Shown here in pieces: positions 36,113 to 45,676 of a DNA stretch of 64,000 nucleotides (position 1 is its first letter; the number at the start of each line of letters is the position of its first letter). The notes below the pieces were generated by a model. It searched no databases, was not told where the DNA came from, and saw only the letters and a program-made list of their open reading frames with translations. Both the position numbers and the translations under genes were made by a program. This DNA comes from Candidatus Omnitrophota bacterium. Its GTDB lineage: Bacteria > Omnitrophota > Gorgyraeia > Aquiviventales > Aquiviventaceae. The stretch lies in contig JAHFGV010000003.1 of NCBI GenBank assembly GCA_023247255.1, forward strand, positions 5,315 through 69,314, in the 5' to 3' direction.

Positions 36113-37406
36113 AGTCCTGTGTCTCCCGTATCATTTCATCCACAGTCGTGACTCCCTCTAACACCTTAGCCATCCCATCTTCCCGTAAGGAACGCATCCC
36201 TTCAGAGACAGCCTTGGCACGTAATTCGTTGACGCTGACACGATCGATGACCAAAGGGCGCAGGGTTTCCGTCAGGGCGAAGAGTTCAAAAACCCCTATC
36301 CGTCCTTTAAACCCGATCCCATGACACGCTTCACAGCCAACCGAGCGCATCAAAGGTTGCGTGAGTTCTGCGGCCGACGACAGCCGCAAGGCAGCCAACT
36401 CCTGTGGATTGGGATTATAGGGTGCCCGACACTGGGAACACAACTGACGGATCAACCGCTGGGCCAGCACCCCAGTGACCGTCGATGTCACCAAGAACGG
36501 CTCAATTCCCATATCCAACAATCGAGTCACCGCACCCGGGGCATCATTGGTATGCAACGTAGAGAACACCAAATGCCCCGTCATCGCGGATTGGATCGCC
36601 ACGCGCGCCGTTTCAGGATCTCGGATCTCTCCGACCATGATGACATCCGGATCGTGGCGGAGAATCGACCGCAGGCACGTTGAAAAATTAAGATGGATTT
36701 TCTCGTTCACCGGCACCTGGACCAATCCACCGATGTCATACTCGACCGGATCCTCGGTGGTGATCAGTTTCAGCTCAGGCCGGTTGAGTTTGTTCAGGCA
36801 CGCGTAAAGCGTCGTGGTCTTACCGGCACCCGTCGGACCTGTCACCAACAACAAACCGTGAGGGCGTGCGATCAAACGCTCAATCGCCTGATGGATGGCC
36901 GGGGCCATTCCCAGTTGGTCGAGCGTCTGCGTCAAGGCCCCTTTGTCCAGTATGCGCAGAACAATGCTCTCCCCGTAGACCGTGGGTAATGTGGAAACAC
37001 GAAGGTCGATCTGACGCGTTTGGGCACTCAGCAGAATCCGGCCGTCCTGGGGCAGCCGAGATTCTGCGATATCCAGATTAGCCATCACCTTTATCCGTGA
37101 AGCGATGGCCAAAGCCAGGCTCTTCGGCGGCTGGGCGACTTCATAGCAACGGCCGTCGATCCGGTAGCGGACAGAAACTTCCCGTTCAAACGCTTCAATG
37201 TGAATGTCGGAGGCCCGTCGATCCAGCGCTTCCGTCATGACTGAATCCACCAAGCGCACAATCGGTCCTTGACTGGCCAGCTCCACGAGTTTGGACTGGT
37301 CCGTGAGGGCATCCGCCGATAGCCCGATCTGCCCCGCTTGGGCAAATGCCTCGCTCAGCGCCTGAACCTGAAGTCGCGTATCTGCCTCAGCCATTTTTAT
37401 CACCAC
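36105..37406 (-). CDS. GspE/PilB family ATPase (short N-terminus)
   Basis: ASDIHIE, RLPQDGR, TGPTGAGKTTT, EDPVEY, GEIRD, TLHTND, two CxxC. Confidence 0.93.
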   Translation of the reverse strand: MVIKMAEADTRLQVQALSEAFAQAGQIGLSADALTDQSKLVELASQGPIVRLVDSVMTEALDRRASDIHIEAFEREVSVRYRIDGRCYEVAQPPKSLALAIASRIKVMANLDIAESRLPQDGRILLSAQTRQIDLRVSTLPTVYGESIVLRILDKGALTQTLDQLGMAPAIHQAIERLIARPHGLLLVTGPTGAGKTTTLYACLNKLNRPELKLITTEDPVEYDIGGLVQVPVNEKIHLNFSTCLRSILRHDPDVIMVGEIRDPETARVAIQSAMTGHLVFSTLHTNDAPGAVTRLLDMGIEPFLVTSTVTGVLAQRLIRQLCSQCRAPYNPNPQELAALRLSSAAELTQPLMRSVGCEACHGIGFKGRIGVFELFALTETLRPLVIDRVSVNELRAKAVSEGMRSLREDGMAKVLEGVTTVDEMIRETQDYE

Positions 37407-37444
37407 TCATCCTGAACAGCATACCGTTTTACGAATCCACTTTG

Positions 37445-37589
37445 CTCTGGGCTGCGGGCTCATTTGAACTACGCTCTGGGCTTGCGGCTCTGGGCTCTGG
37501 GCAATTGCCCTCAACCCTGAACCCTCAGCATCTTTCCATTGAGCCCCGAACCCAGAACCCTGAGCCAAGAGGGGTTTTTCAGTACCCTG
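37445..37589. repeat. Inverted heptamer arrays plus family I copy 3
   Basis: CTCTGGG-type arrays facing CCCTCAA/CCCTGAA/CCCAGAA arrays; ends CAAGAGGGGTTTTTCAG as at 9367-9383. Confidence 0.8.
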
Positions 37590-37597
37590 TCAATCGA

Positions 37598-39430
37598 TTA
37601 TTCGCTGCTGCCGGCCACTACCCTAAAAACCTCTCCGACCGATGTCAAACCTTCACGCACTTTAAGAAATCCGTCCTCTTGTAGAGTTCCCATCCCTTGT
37701 TGTTTGGCGGCGGTACGAATCACGGATGCGGAAGCTTTAGTCACAACCAGCCGGCGAATCGTATCGGTCATTTGCAGAAGCTCGAATATCCCGATGCGGC
37801 CTGAGAACCCAGAGCCATGGCAGTTCGGACAACCTTTACCTCGCATGATCTTTTCTATCTTTAGGGATTCCAAAACGGAGCGTTCCTCAGGAGTCGGAGT
37901 CTCTGGGGCACAGCAGTCCGGACAGATACGACGCACCAGGCGCTGAGCCAATACCCCTTGGATGGTCGATGCCACCAGAAAAGGAGCGATCCCCATATCG
38001 ATCAATCGAGTAATCGCGCTAGGCGCGTCATTGGTATGCAAGGTTGATAAGACGAGATGGCCGGTGAGCGCAGCCTGGATCGCCACCTGGGCTGTTTCCT
38101 GATCTCGAATTTCACCGACCATGATAATGTCCGGCGCCTGCCGCAACATGGACCGAAGGGCGGCCGCGAAGGTCAGTCCAATCGTCGCTTTCACAGCGAC
38201 CTGATTCACACCCACCAGTTGGTACTCCACCGGATCCTCCACAGTGATCAGCTTTCGATCCGGACGGTTAAGTTTTGCCAGGGCCCCGTAAAGCGTCGTG
38301 GTCTTTCCAGAACCGGTGGGGCCGGTCACCAACACCATTCCATGGGGACGGCTGATCAGTTCCTCCCACTGCTTGATGCCATCCGGGTGTAAACCCATCT
38401 CGGCCAGGCCACGGATAGGCTGGCTGCGATCCAACAACCGCATGACGATCGATTCCCCATGCATTGAGGGCAAGGTAGAGATACGTACATCCAACGGCTT
38501 TCCCTCAATCGAAAGCTGCAGACGCCCATCTTGAGGCAGCCGTTTCTCAGCGATATTCAACCCGCCCAAGATTTTGATCCGGCTGACGATGGGTCCCTGT
38601 AGGGCCTTGGGTGGGCTGTTAACATCATGCAGAATGCCGTCAATGCGATAGCGAACCCCTAGCTGATCCCTGCCGGGTTGGATGTGCACGTCACTCGATC
38701 GCATGCGAACCGCCTCAGACATCATGGAATCGACCAGACGGATGATGGGCTCGTCCTCTGCAGACACACCGGATTTCTGTGGCCTTTGGGGGGCGGGTGG
38801 GGACGCAACAGGGGATGGAGTGGGCGCTGGCGTTAGGGTTGGTGAAACCCTCAAAGTTACCGGAGGGTTAAGTACAGGAGTCTCTATCTTCTCAGCGGCC
38901 TTGGAGGCGTTGGAGACAATCGGTGATGCCGTTGTCTGCGGGATAGATAGCGCAGGGGTGAAGACCTCAAGGGACACAGACTCCACGGAAGTCAGCCATG
39001 TGATCAAATCTTGTTCCCGAACGAGCACCACTTCCAAAGAAAGACCACACTGGCGTTCGAAATAAGGCAGGGCGAACACGGATAGAGGATCATCCGTGGC
39101 TAATAAAACCTTATCTGATTCTCCATGCAGAGGAACTAATCGATGCGTGCGCCACACATTTGCGGGGATGCGGTTGTCTGCAACCATCTCACGCATGACT
39201 TTTGAATCGAAACGCTGGGGCAAGATCCCCAGTGGCACTGCCAATCGTCTTCCCCCCTCGATATCTCGAAAGACCCCCAATCGAACCAGAATCGCGCTGA
39301 AACGTTCCCCGGTCTGGGTCAATTCCTCTTGGGCCTGAGCAATCTGCTGGGGCTGAGCAATCCCTAGCTCCTGAAGCCGACTGCGGATTGCCTGTGCATG
39401 GAGGGGAATGACTCGGGCACTTTGAGTCAT
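37598..39430 (-). CDS. GspE/PilB family ATPase (full length, Pro-rich linker)
   Basis: N-terminal domain, [36 protein letters not shown]. Confidence 0.93.
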   Translation of the reverse strand: MTQSARVIPLHAQAIRSRLQELGIAQPQQIAQAQEELTQTGERFSAILVRLGVFRDIEGGRRLAVPLGILPQRFDSKVMREMVADNRIPANVWRTHRLVPLHGESDKVLLATDDPLSVFALPYFERQCGLSLEVVLVREQDLITWLTSVESVSLEVFTPALSIPQTTASPIVSNASKAAEKIETPVLNPPVTLRVSPTLTPAPTPSPVASPPAPQRPQKSGVSAEDEPIIRLVDSMMSEAVRMRSSDVHIQPGRDQLGVRYRIDGILHDVNSPPKALQGPIVSRIKILGGLNIAEKRLPQDGRLQLSIEGKPLDVRISTLPSMHGESIVMRLLDRSQPIRGLAEMGLHPDGIKQWEELISRPHGMVLVTGPTGSGKTTTLYGALAKLNRPDRKLITVEDPVEYQLVGVNQVAVKATIGLTFAAALRSMLRQAPDIIMVGEIRDQETAQVAIQAALTGHLVLSTLHTNDAPSAITRLIDMGIAPFLVASTIQGVLAQRLVRRICPDCCAPETPTPEERSVLESLKIEKIMRGKGCPNCHGSGFSGRIGIFELLQMTDTIRRLVVTKASASVIRTAAKQQGMGTLQEDGFLKVREGLTSVGEVFRVVAGSSE

Positions 39431-39756
39431 GCGATCGGACCGGTAACGTAGAGGTAGCGAACCTTGGCTTTTGATCGATTCACGATCCGGTGGGTTGTCT
39501 GGGAAGGAAGAAAAACACAACGTCCCAGTCGAAAGTGAACGCGACGAATGGCGTGTGGTGAAATCTGAATTTCAAGTTGGGCCTGCCCTTCGAGAATAAT
39601 CAAGAGCTCTTCACGCGATCCTGTGGAATGCCAATTCATCACGCCTGCGGGGGCAAGCACTACCACCTGTGCCTTGAGTCCCTGGGCAGTCTTGGGGACC
39701 AGGCGTCCACTCTGAAGGATCGATCGCACCCAAACGCGTGGGCCAGTCGTGGGCAT
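39427..39756 (-). CDS. Cupin domain protein
   Basis: [17 protein letters not shown]....HRIVN; ATG at 39756, upstream extension is family A sequence. Confidence 0.8.
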   Translation of the reverse strand: MPTTGPRVWVRSILQSGRLVPKTAQGLKAQVVVLAPAGVMNWHSTGSREELLIILEGQAQLEIQISPHAIRRVHFRLGRCVFLPSQTTHRIVNRSKAKVRYLYVTGPIA

Positions 39757-39763
39757 TTTAATC

Positions 39764-40073
39764 ACTGGGCTTTTGCAAAAATAGCCAACGCGTCGACTGA
39801 GTGTTGTGTCATGTTCCAAAAGAAGTAATGAGGATTGTGTCATGTTTCATGTGTCATGAAAAACTGTTTCATGTTTTATGTGTCATGAGTCATGGAAAGA
39901 AAAAGGAGCCCTTTGGCCATGCTTGAGATGCCTGTTTATTTTCTGCTTTTTCATGACACATAACACATGACTCATGATACAGACGTGAGTACTGCATTAG
40001 AACCATAATCCACTTTCTTCCTGGCCATGGGCGACTTGGCCACTAAGGTCGATGCATTTTGCAAAACCTCAGT
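39764..40073. mobile_element. Repeat family A copy 3 (longest, 310 bp)
   Basis: ACTGGGCTTTTGCAAAA ... TTTTGCAAAACCTCAGT; fills the larB-cupin gap. Confidence 0.9.
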
Positions 40074-40080
40074 CACTGAC

Positions 40081-40920
40081 TTAGCGCGGTGGGAGATTGA
40101 TGACATGAGCCAGGTAGGCGGCCCCAAATCCGTTGTCGATGTTAACCACACCGATGCCAGGAGCGCAACTGTTGAGCATAGTCAAAAGAGGGGCGATCCC
40201 TCCGAAATTGGCCCCATAGCCGATGCTGGTAGGCACAGCCACCACAGGGGCTCGCACCAAACCGGCTACCACGCTAGCCAAGGCCCCTTCCATGCCGGCA
40301 ATCACGATAATGACGCGTGCCTTATTGAGCAACGGCCACTCACTCAGTAGCCGGTGGAGTCCTGCGACACCGACGTCATACAGACGCACGGCTCGGCTGC
40401 CGAGAACCTGCAACGTGACGAAGGCTTCCTCCGCTACCGGAACATCGGCCGTCCCACCTGTCACCACAAGGACAAGTCCCTTCAAAACCTGCCGAGGACT
40501 CGCCCCCCGTTTAAGATAAGCCACCCGTGCGAGAACTTCATAGCGAAGAGCGGGAAGCTGCCTGTGGATTTGTTGAAATTGCTCGGCATCGAGCCGCGTC
40601 AGCAATACCGATCCCTGCGTCTGGATCAAGCGACTGGCGATCTGCACGATCTGCTGGGGGGTCTTGCCCGCACACAGCACCACTTCCGGAATTCCCCGAC
40701 GCAGATGTCGATGGGTATCCAACCGGGCGGACCCAATTACATCAAAAGGCAGGCGTCGTAACTGATCCAGAAGCTGTTGCGGTTTTCGGCGGCCATTTTT
40801 GACTTGATGGATTAAGCGACGCAGGCTCTGCTCGCTGAAGCGATCCCCTCGGACGCTTGAGCGTAAGGCCGAACGTTTAAGAGATTCCCCAGCGCGATGG
40901 TTTTTGCCCCGAGTGCTCAT
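40081..40920 (-). CDS. larB: Nickel-pincer cofactor biosynthesis protein LarB (PurE-related)
   Basis: R.RRGIPEV....KT, GTADVPVAEEA, DVGVAGLHRL, AGMEGAL.SV, PTSIGYG, VVNIDNGFGAA. Confidence 0.9.
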   Translation of the reverse strand: MSTRGKNHRAGESLKRSALRSSVRGDRFSEQSLRRLIHQVKNGRRKPQQLLDQLRRLPFDVIGSARLDTHRHLRRGIPEVVLCAGKTPQQIVQIASRLIQTQGSVLLTRLDAEQFQQIHRQLPALRYEVLARVAYLKRGASPRQVLKGLVLVVTGGTADVPVAEEAFVTLQVLGSRAVRLYDVGVAGLHRLLSEWPLLNKARVIIVIAGMEGALASVVAGLVRAPVVAVPTSIGYGANFGGIAPLLTMLNSCAPGIGVVNIDNGFGAAYLAHVINLPPR

Positions 40921-41225
40921 GACAAAACCAGATACACAACCAGCCCCGCAAGAAGCAGCGCAGAGACTAGATAGAAGTCATAGAAATAGATAAATTCTAA
41001 GACCTGCTGATACACAGACGGTTGCCGAGCAATTACAGGAATCGCCTGGATGGATGACAACTGTAATGTCTGCTTTAATTTCTGAACATGGTCCGGGCGG
41101 AATCGAAGAAACTGACCCCCGAGTTTATAACCGCTGAGCCTCCCCTCGCACACGAGTTGCTCGACGTCAGGCTCACCGATCTCCAGAAATCGGGCAACCT
41201 CAGCGGTCGTCCACAATTTTTCCAT
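40917..41225 (-). CDS. Excisionase-like helix-turn-helix protein with C-terminal transmembrane segment
   Basis: LWTTAEVARFL...V..L...GRL.GYKLGGQFLRF; C-terminal FYLVSALLLAGLVVYLVL. Confidence 0.8.
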   Translation of the reverse strand: MEKLWTTAEVARFLEIGEPDVEQLVCEGRLSGYKLGGQFLRFRPDHVQKLKQTLQLSSIQAIPVIARQPSVYQQVLEFIYFYDFYLVSALLLAGLVVYLVLS

Positions 41226-41246
41226 TGATCGCTACCCCTTCCTAAT

Positions 41247-41392
41247 ATGCAGTATTCACGTCTGTGTCATGTTTCATGGTTCATGTGTCATGAAAAAGCA
41301 GAAAATAAACAGGCATGTCAGGCATGGCCAAAGGGCTCCTTTTGCTTTCCATGACTCATGACACATGAAACATGACACAATCCTCATTACTT
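41247..41392. mobile_element. Repeat family A copy 4 (reverse, internal part)
   Basis: Reverse complement of ~39823-39997 with a deletion. Confidence 0.88.
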
Positions 41393-42628
41393 ATCCCAAG
41401 ACCCCGCACCCTGTGGCGGAGGGCTTCTCGGATCGATCTCATTATAGAGCGCAGCGATGTCTTTCAAAAGGCGTTGATATCCGAAACGTTCGATGACACT
41501 CACCCGCCCGGATTGTCCCAGTCGTTGACGCAGGTCTGGATTTTCAATCAAGTGGGTCAGTGCCGCAACAAGGCCGGGCGTGTCACCCGGACGAACCAAC
41601 AGGCCGTTTGCAGCCTGCTCAAACTGTCCGGGCTCGATAGGCAAAGCGCTGGAGGAATCAGCCCCCAGGATTTCTCGAACCCCACCGACGTCCGTCGCCA
41701 CCACGGCGCGCCCTGCGGCTGCGGCTTCGATTAATGCCACAGGGGTTCCCTCATTGGACGATGTGAGACACACGATGTCCAGGTTCTCATAGATGGAGCG
41801 TAGGTCGCATTGCCAGCCCGAAAAGCGAATCCAGTCGTCCAGTTTTCCACGGGATACTTTGTCTTGGAGTTCTTGCCGCAAAGGGCCGTCTCCGACGATC
41901 ACGCTTGAGAAACCCTGGGGAGGATAGCGATGGCTGAGGCGCTCGATGGCTTCCAGAAACATCCGGTGGTTCTTGATGGGCACCAACCGTCCGATTATCC
42001 CACATCGAATTCCCTGAGCGGGCATTTGGGCCAGAGGCAACTGACAGAGACTGAACAGATCTAATCCTACAGGGATGACTCGCCATTGGGTCTTGTGGCC
42101 GATGCCCTTGGCCAGTAATTCGTCTTGCACCCGTCGACTGACTGCAAGGAGACAATCGGTTTGTGCAGCCAGGATGCGTTCTATCGTAACAAAGATGTAT
42201 GACAACAGCCCCGAGAAGTATCCCTCCAGCACATGCCCGTGAAAGGTGTGGATCAGTTTTGCCCGCTGCCGGGGCTTTTGCCAGGCGTTATAGCCGATCC
42301 CCGCGAGCCGTCCCAAACTTCCCGCTTTTGCCGTATGGGTATGAATCACATCAGGACGTTCTTCCCACAGGATGCGAAGGATTTTTATCCATGAAATCAG
42401 ATCGCGCCACGGATGAATGGCGCGGCGCAGGCTGTTCAGACGGATCAGCCGAACCCGATTGGTTTGAACCCAATCAGTCAGATCCCCTTCCTCGGAATCC
42501 GGTGAACCCACAATCAAACAGGTTTTATTTTGCTCAAAATCGAGATGGTTTGACAGAATAGCGACGTGGATGGCCGGACCTCCAATGTTCATGCGCGTGA
42601 GGATGCGGACGATTTTACGTGCCGGCAT
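41387..42628 (-). CDS. Glycosyltransferase family 4
   Basis: RMNIGGPA, HTHTAKAG, HTFHGH, GRLVPIK, SSNEGTPVALIEA. Confidence 0.92.
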   Translation of the reverse strand: MPARKIVRILTRMNIGGPAIHVAILSNHLDFEQNKTCLIVGSPDSEEGDLTDWVQTNRVRLIRLNSLRRAIHPWRDLISWIKILRILWEERPDVIHTHTAKAGSLGRLAGIGYNAWQKPRQRAKLIHTFHGHVLEGYFSGLLSYIFVTIERILAAQTDCLLAVSRRVQDELLAKGIGHKTQWRVIPVGLDLFSLCQLPLAQMPAQGIRCGIIGRLVPIKNHRMFLEAIERLSHRYPPQGFSSVIVGDGPLRQELQDKVSRGKLDDWIRFSGWQCDLRSIYENLDIVCLTSSNEGTPVALIEAAAAGRAVVATDVGGVREILGADSSSALPIEPGQFEQAANGLLVRPGDTPGLVAALTHLIENPDLRQRLGQSGRVSVIERFGYQRLLKDIAALYNEIDPRSPPPQGAGSWDK

Positions 42629-43568
42629 GCATTGCCCTTGCAACGACTTCCATGTAAGGTCCCGTGCGAGTCCATCGGGCGAGCTGATTGACCAGAGAGG
42701 CGGCCCAGTATTCGAAATGTTCCTTCGCCGTTTTCCGCGACAGAAGCGTTCTTCCTGTGTAAAGTTTCAGCGTGAGCGCCGAAAAACCGGTCTGAGTGAG
42801 CAACTGCAACAAGGAACGTCGGGTGAATCCTTGCACATGGTAAGGAGCAAACGTAGGGGATAGTTGCGATACCCAATCCTTTCCTTGCAGAGCGAAATAG
42901 AGATTGCCAATCGTGTTATAGAGGCTCGCTTCATTAGGAACGTCGATCCAGACGACTCCATCCGGTTTCAGGATTCGGTGGATCTGCCGCAACATACCTT
43001 TGGGGTCGTAGAGGTGTTCCAAAACAGCGCCCAGCGTCACCAGATCGAAAGTGGCATCCGGATAGTTGGCACGAGCCAGAGTGCCCTGCGTTACCTGCAC
43101 TCCATAGGTAGCTTTCGCAAACTCGGTAAACTCGGCTGAGGCTTCCACTCCATACGGATCCCATCCGAGGAAGCTGGCGGCATACAACAGCTCTCCCCTG
43201 CCTGATCCGATATCCAGCATGCGTCCGCGGCCGTTACAGTAACGTTCCAGTTCTTGAAGCAGGATGCGAGCCTTTTCAATCTTGGTCTGTGGATCGTGAT
43301 TGACGAAATACTCATCGACGTCGTGATAGAGAGCGTTCGGGTCGTCGGTCATGGGCATGGGATGGGGGTAGAGATGGCTGCACACACGGCACTGGACGAT
43401 GGTGCATCGAACTCCCTTGCGGTGCTTATGCGCTTGTCCACCCCGATCGCCGAGCCTTATACACTCTCGGGACTCGCACACCGGACAAGGATTATCCTCC
43501 CACTGATACTGGGGTGCCTGTTCCGTCTCGATGGACGATGAGTATCCCATCGGATTTACGGACATCAC
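42615..43568 (-). CDS. Class I SAM-dependent methyltransferase with N-terminal Zn motif
   Basis: CPVC...CRVC; LDIGSGRG; VLEHL.DP, LKPDG...VPN. Confidence 0.88.
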   Translation of the reverse strand: MMSVNPMGYSSSIETEQAPQYQWEDNPCPVCESRECIRLGDRGGQAHKHRKGVRCTIVQCRVCSHLYPHPMPMTDDPNALYHDVDEYFVNHDPQTKIEKARILLQELERYCNGRGRMLDIGSGRGELLYAASFLGWDPYGVEASAEFTEFAKATYGVQVTQGTLARANYPDATFDLVTLGAVLEHLYDPKGMLRQIHRILKPDGVVWIDVPNEASLYNTIGNLYFALQGKDWVSQLSPTFAPYHVQGFTRRSLLQLLTQTGFSALTLKLYTGRTLLSRKTAKEHFEYWAASLVNQLARWTRTGPYMEVVARAMHAGT

Positions 43569-45532
43569 TGTTTCCTTTGATCGGTAATCGAGCCTGCGAG
43601 CACCTCAGAACCGGACGAACAGTGTTCGTCTAAATTGGGATTTTGCCAGACCCCGCGAGCGGTCATTTGCAGCCAGATTTCTAACGTGGCCAGATTCCAC
43701 AATTGCAATCCACGATTGCACTCTTTCTGCAAATGGGCGCGACACAATTGCTCCACAGCTTGCGAATCCAGATAACTTCGCCAGCGCGCCTTGGGATTTA
43801 AGAGAACCTCAAAGACGGCCGGCCTCAACTCGGTTCTGAACCAGGCATCCAAAGGAACGCCAAAACCCCATTTTCCCCGTCGCTGAATCCGAGGTGGAAG
43901 TAAATCCGCGAACGCTTCTTTCAACAACACCTTGGTGCGCATTCCTCGCAGCTTATAGGAATCGGGCAATGACGCCGCGAATTCGATGAGCGCGATATCC
44001 AAAAACGGCGAGCGTGTTTCCAACCCATGCGCCATGCTACAGCGATCCATTTTGACATGAAGATCATTCGGAAGGTATTCGTGGAAGTTGACGTAGAGAC
44101 TTTGAGAAAGGGCTGATGCCATAGGAACTTCAGAGAGCCAGCGTCGTACCGGTGCTAGCCAGGATTCCTCACCCAGGTTGCGCCATTCAGGACGCAAGAG
44201 CCCTATCGGATTGGGAAAATAGGACACCCAACGCGCCAGACGCTCGTCCCACGGTTTACGGGCGGCATCCAGAAATCGCTGCAGTTCACCCAGCCAGCAT
44301 CTTTGGCTCCATCGTTGCACATGAGCCTGGTTGAGGATTCCGGCCATGCCTTCTACCAGCCAATGGGGCAGTCGTTGGGAGATGGAAGCGGCTATGAATC
44401 GGCGATAACCGGCAAACACCTCATCTCCTCCGTCTCCATTCAAGGCTACGGTCACATGTTCTTTAGCCAGGGCACACAGGAAAAAAGTAGGAATCGCCGA
44501 GGCGTCACCGAACGGCTGATCATGGTGGTAAACGAGCCGTTCGATCCAGTTAAAAGCTTTTGGCTGCACGATGAATTCCGTATGCTTGGTGTGAAAGCGC
44601 TCGGCCACCAAACGCGCATAAGCCGTTTCATCATAGCGGGGATCACCGCCAAATCCAATGGTAAACGTATGGACAGCTTCGGGGATCAACCGACTCATCA
44701 GACCCACGATGATGCTGGAGTCGATGCCCCCGCTTAAGAAACCACCCAGAGGCACGTCCGAGACGAGGCGCTTGCGCACCGCTTCGGTCAGATGTTGACG
44801 CAGGGTACGAATCGTCTGCTGGCGTGAACCCACAGCAGTCCGCGTAGGGATATTCAGACGCCAGTAACGTCGAATGGCTGCCTTGCCTGAGAGGAGTTCC
44901 ACCGTCAGGACAGAAGCGGGGGCTAAAGACTGGATATGGGTATAAAAAGTGTTTGGAGTAGGCACATAACCGTACGCGAGATAGAACGGAAGGACGCTCT
45001 CACGGAATTGGCAAGGGATTTCCGGATGCACCAAAAGCGCTTTGATCTCAGAGGCGAATGCCCAGCGGTTTTGATCGCTGGAGTAAAAAAGAGGCTTCTT
45101 GCCTGTTCTATCCCGAGCCAAAAGAAGCTTTTGCCTGGGACAATCGACGATGGCGAAGGCGAACATTCCATCGAAACGTTCCACGCAATCCGCCGGCCAT
45201 TGTTCATAGGCCTGGAGGATGACCTCCGTATCGGACTGGCTAAGGAATCGGCGGCCGTGGCTTTCTAACTCCGTTCGGAGAGATCGGTAGTTGTACAGTT
45301 CCCCGTTGTAGACGATCCAGGTGAAACTATCCTGACTGGCCATGGGTTGTCTGGCGGCATCGGTAAGATCGATTACCTTCAAACGGCTGTGGCCCAGCCC
45401 CACCCATGATGTGGGAAAAGCGATACCCCGCTCATCCGGCCCCCGATGAGCCAAACGGTTCGTCATGGCCTGGAGCACGGATTCTGCAACCGGCTGTTTG
45501 TCTCGGTTGATCACACCACAGATGCCGCACAT
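43565..45532 (-). CDS. asnB: Asparagine synthase-like amidotransferase 1
   Basis: MCGICG, HRGPD, NGELYN, LSGGIDSS, GDGGDE.FAGY, DRCSMAHGLE.R.PFLD. Confidence 0.93.
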   Translation of the reverse strand: MCGICGVINRDKQPVAESVLQAMTNRLAHRGPDERGIAFPTSWVGLGHSRLKVIDLTDAARQPMASQDSFTWIVYNGELYNYRSLRTELESHGRRFLSQSDTEVILQAYEQWPADCVERFDGMFAFAIVDCPRQKLLLARDRTGKKPLFYSSDQNRWAFASEIKALLVHPEIPCQFRESVLPFYLAYGYVPTPNTFYTHIQSLAPASVLTVELLSGKAAIRRYWRLNIPTRTAVGSRQQTIRTLRQHLTEAVRKRLVSDVPLGGFLSGGIDSSIIVGLMSRLIPEAVHTFTIGFGGDPRYDETAYARLVAERFHTKHTEFIVQPKAFNWIERLVYHHDQPFGDASAIPTFFLCALAKEHVTVALNGDGGDEVFAGYRRFIAASISQRLPHWLVEGMAGILNQAHVQRWSQRCWLGELQRFLDAARKPWDERLARWVSYFPNPIGLLRPEWRNLGEESWLAPVRRWLSEVPMASALSQSLYVNFHEYLPNDLHVKMDRCSMAHGLETRSPFLDIALIEFAASLPDSYKLRGMRTKVLLKEAFADLLPPRIQRRGKWGFGVPLDAWFRTELRPAVFEVLLNPKARWRSYLDSQAVEQLCRAHLQKECNRGLQLWNLATLEIWLQMTARGVWQNPNLDEHCSSGSEVLAGSITDQRKQ

Positions 45533-45580
45533 CGTATCGTCAGACCTCAGGAATCAGGAAGCGCACAGTACATAGCACTC

Positions 45581-45672
45581 AGCAGATAGCTCGATAGCAG
45601 ATAGCAAATAGATGAAACGAGGGAAAACTCTGTATCATTTCCCATATGCTATCGAGCTATCTGCTGAGTGCT
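45581..45672. repeat. Repeat family K copy 1: inverted heptamer arrays
   Basis: AGCACTCAGCAGATAGCTCGATAGCA ... TGCTATCGAGCTATCTGCTGAGTGCT. Confidence 0.85.
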
Positions 45673-45676
45673 GTTG

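Noticed and set aside
40917-41225. Prophage excisionase
   Set aside because: No integrase or phage genes nearby, and the protein has a TM tail.
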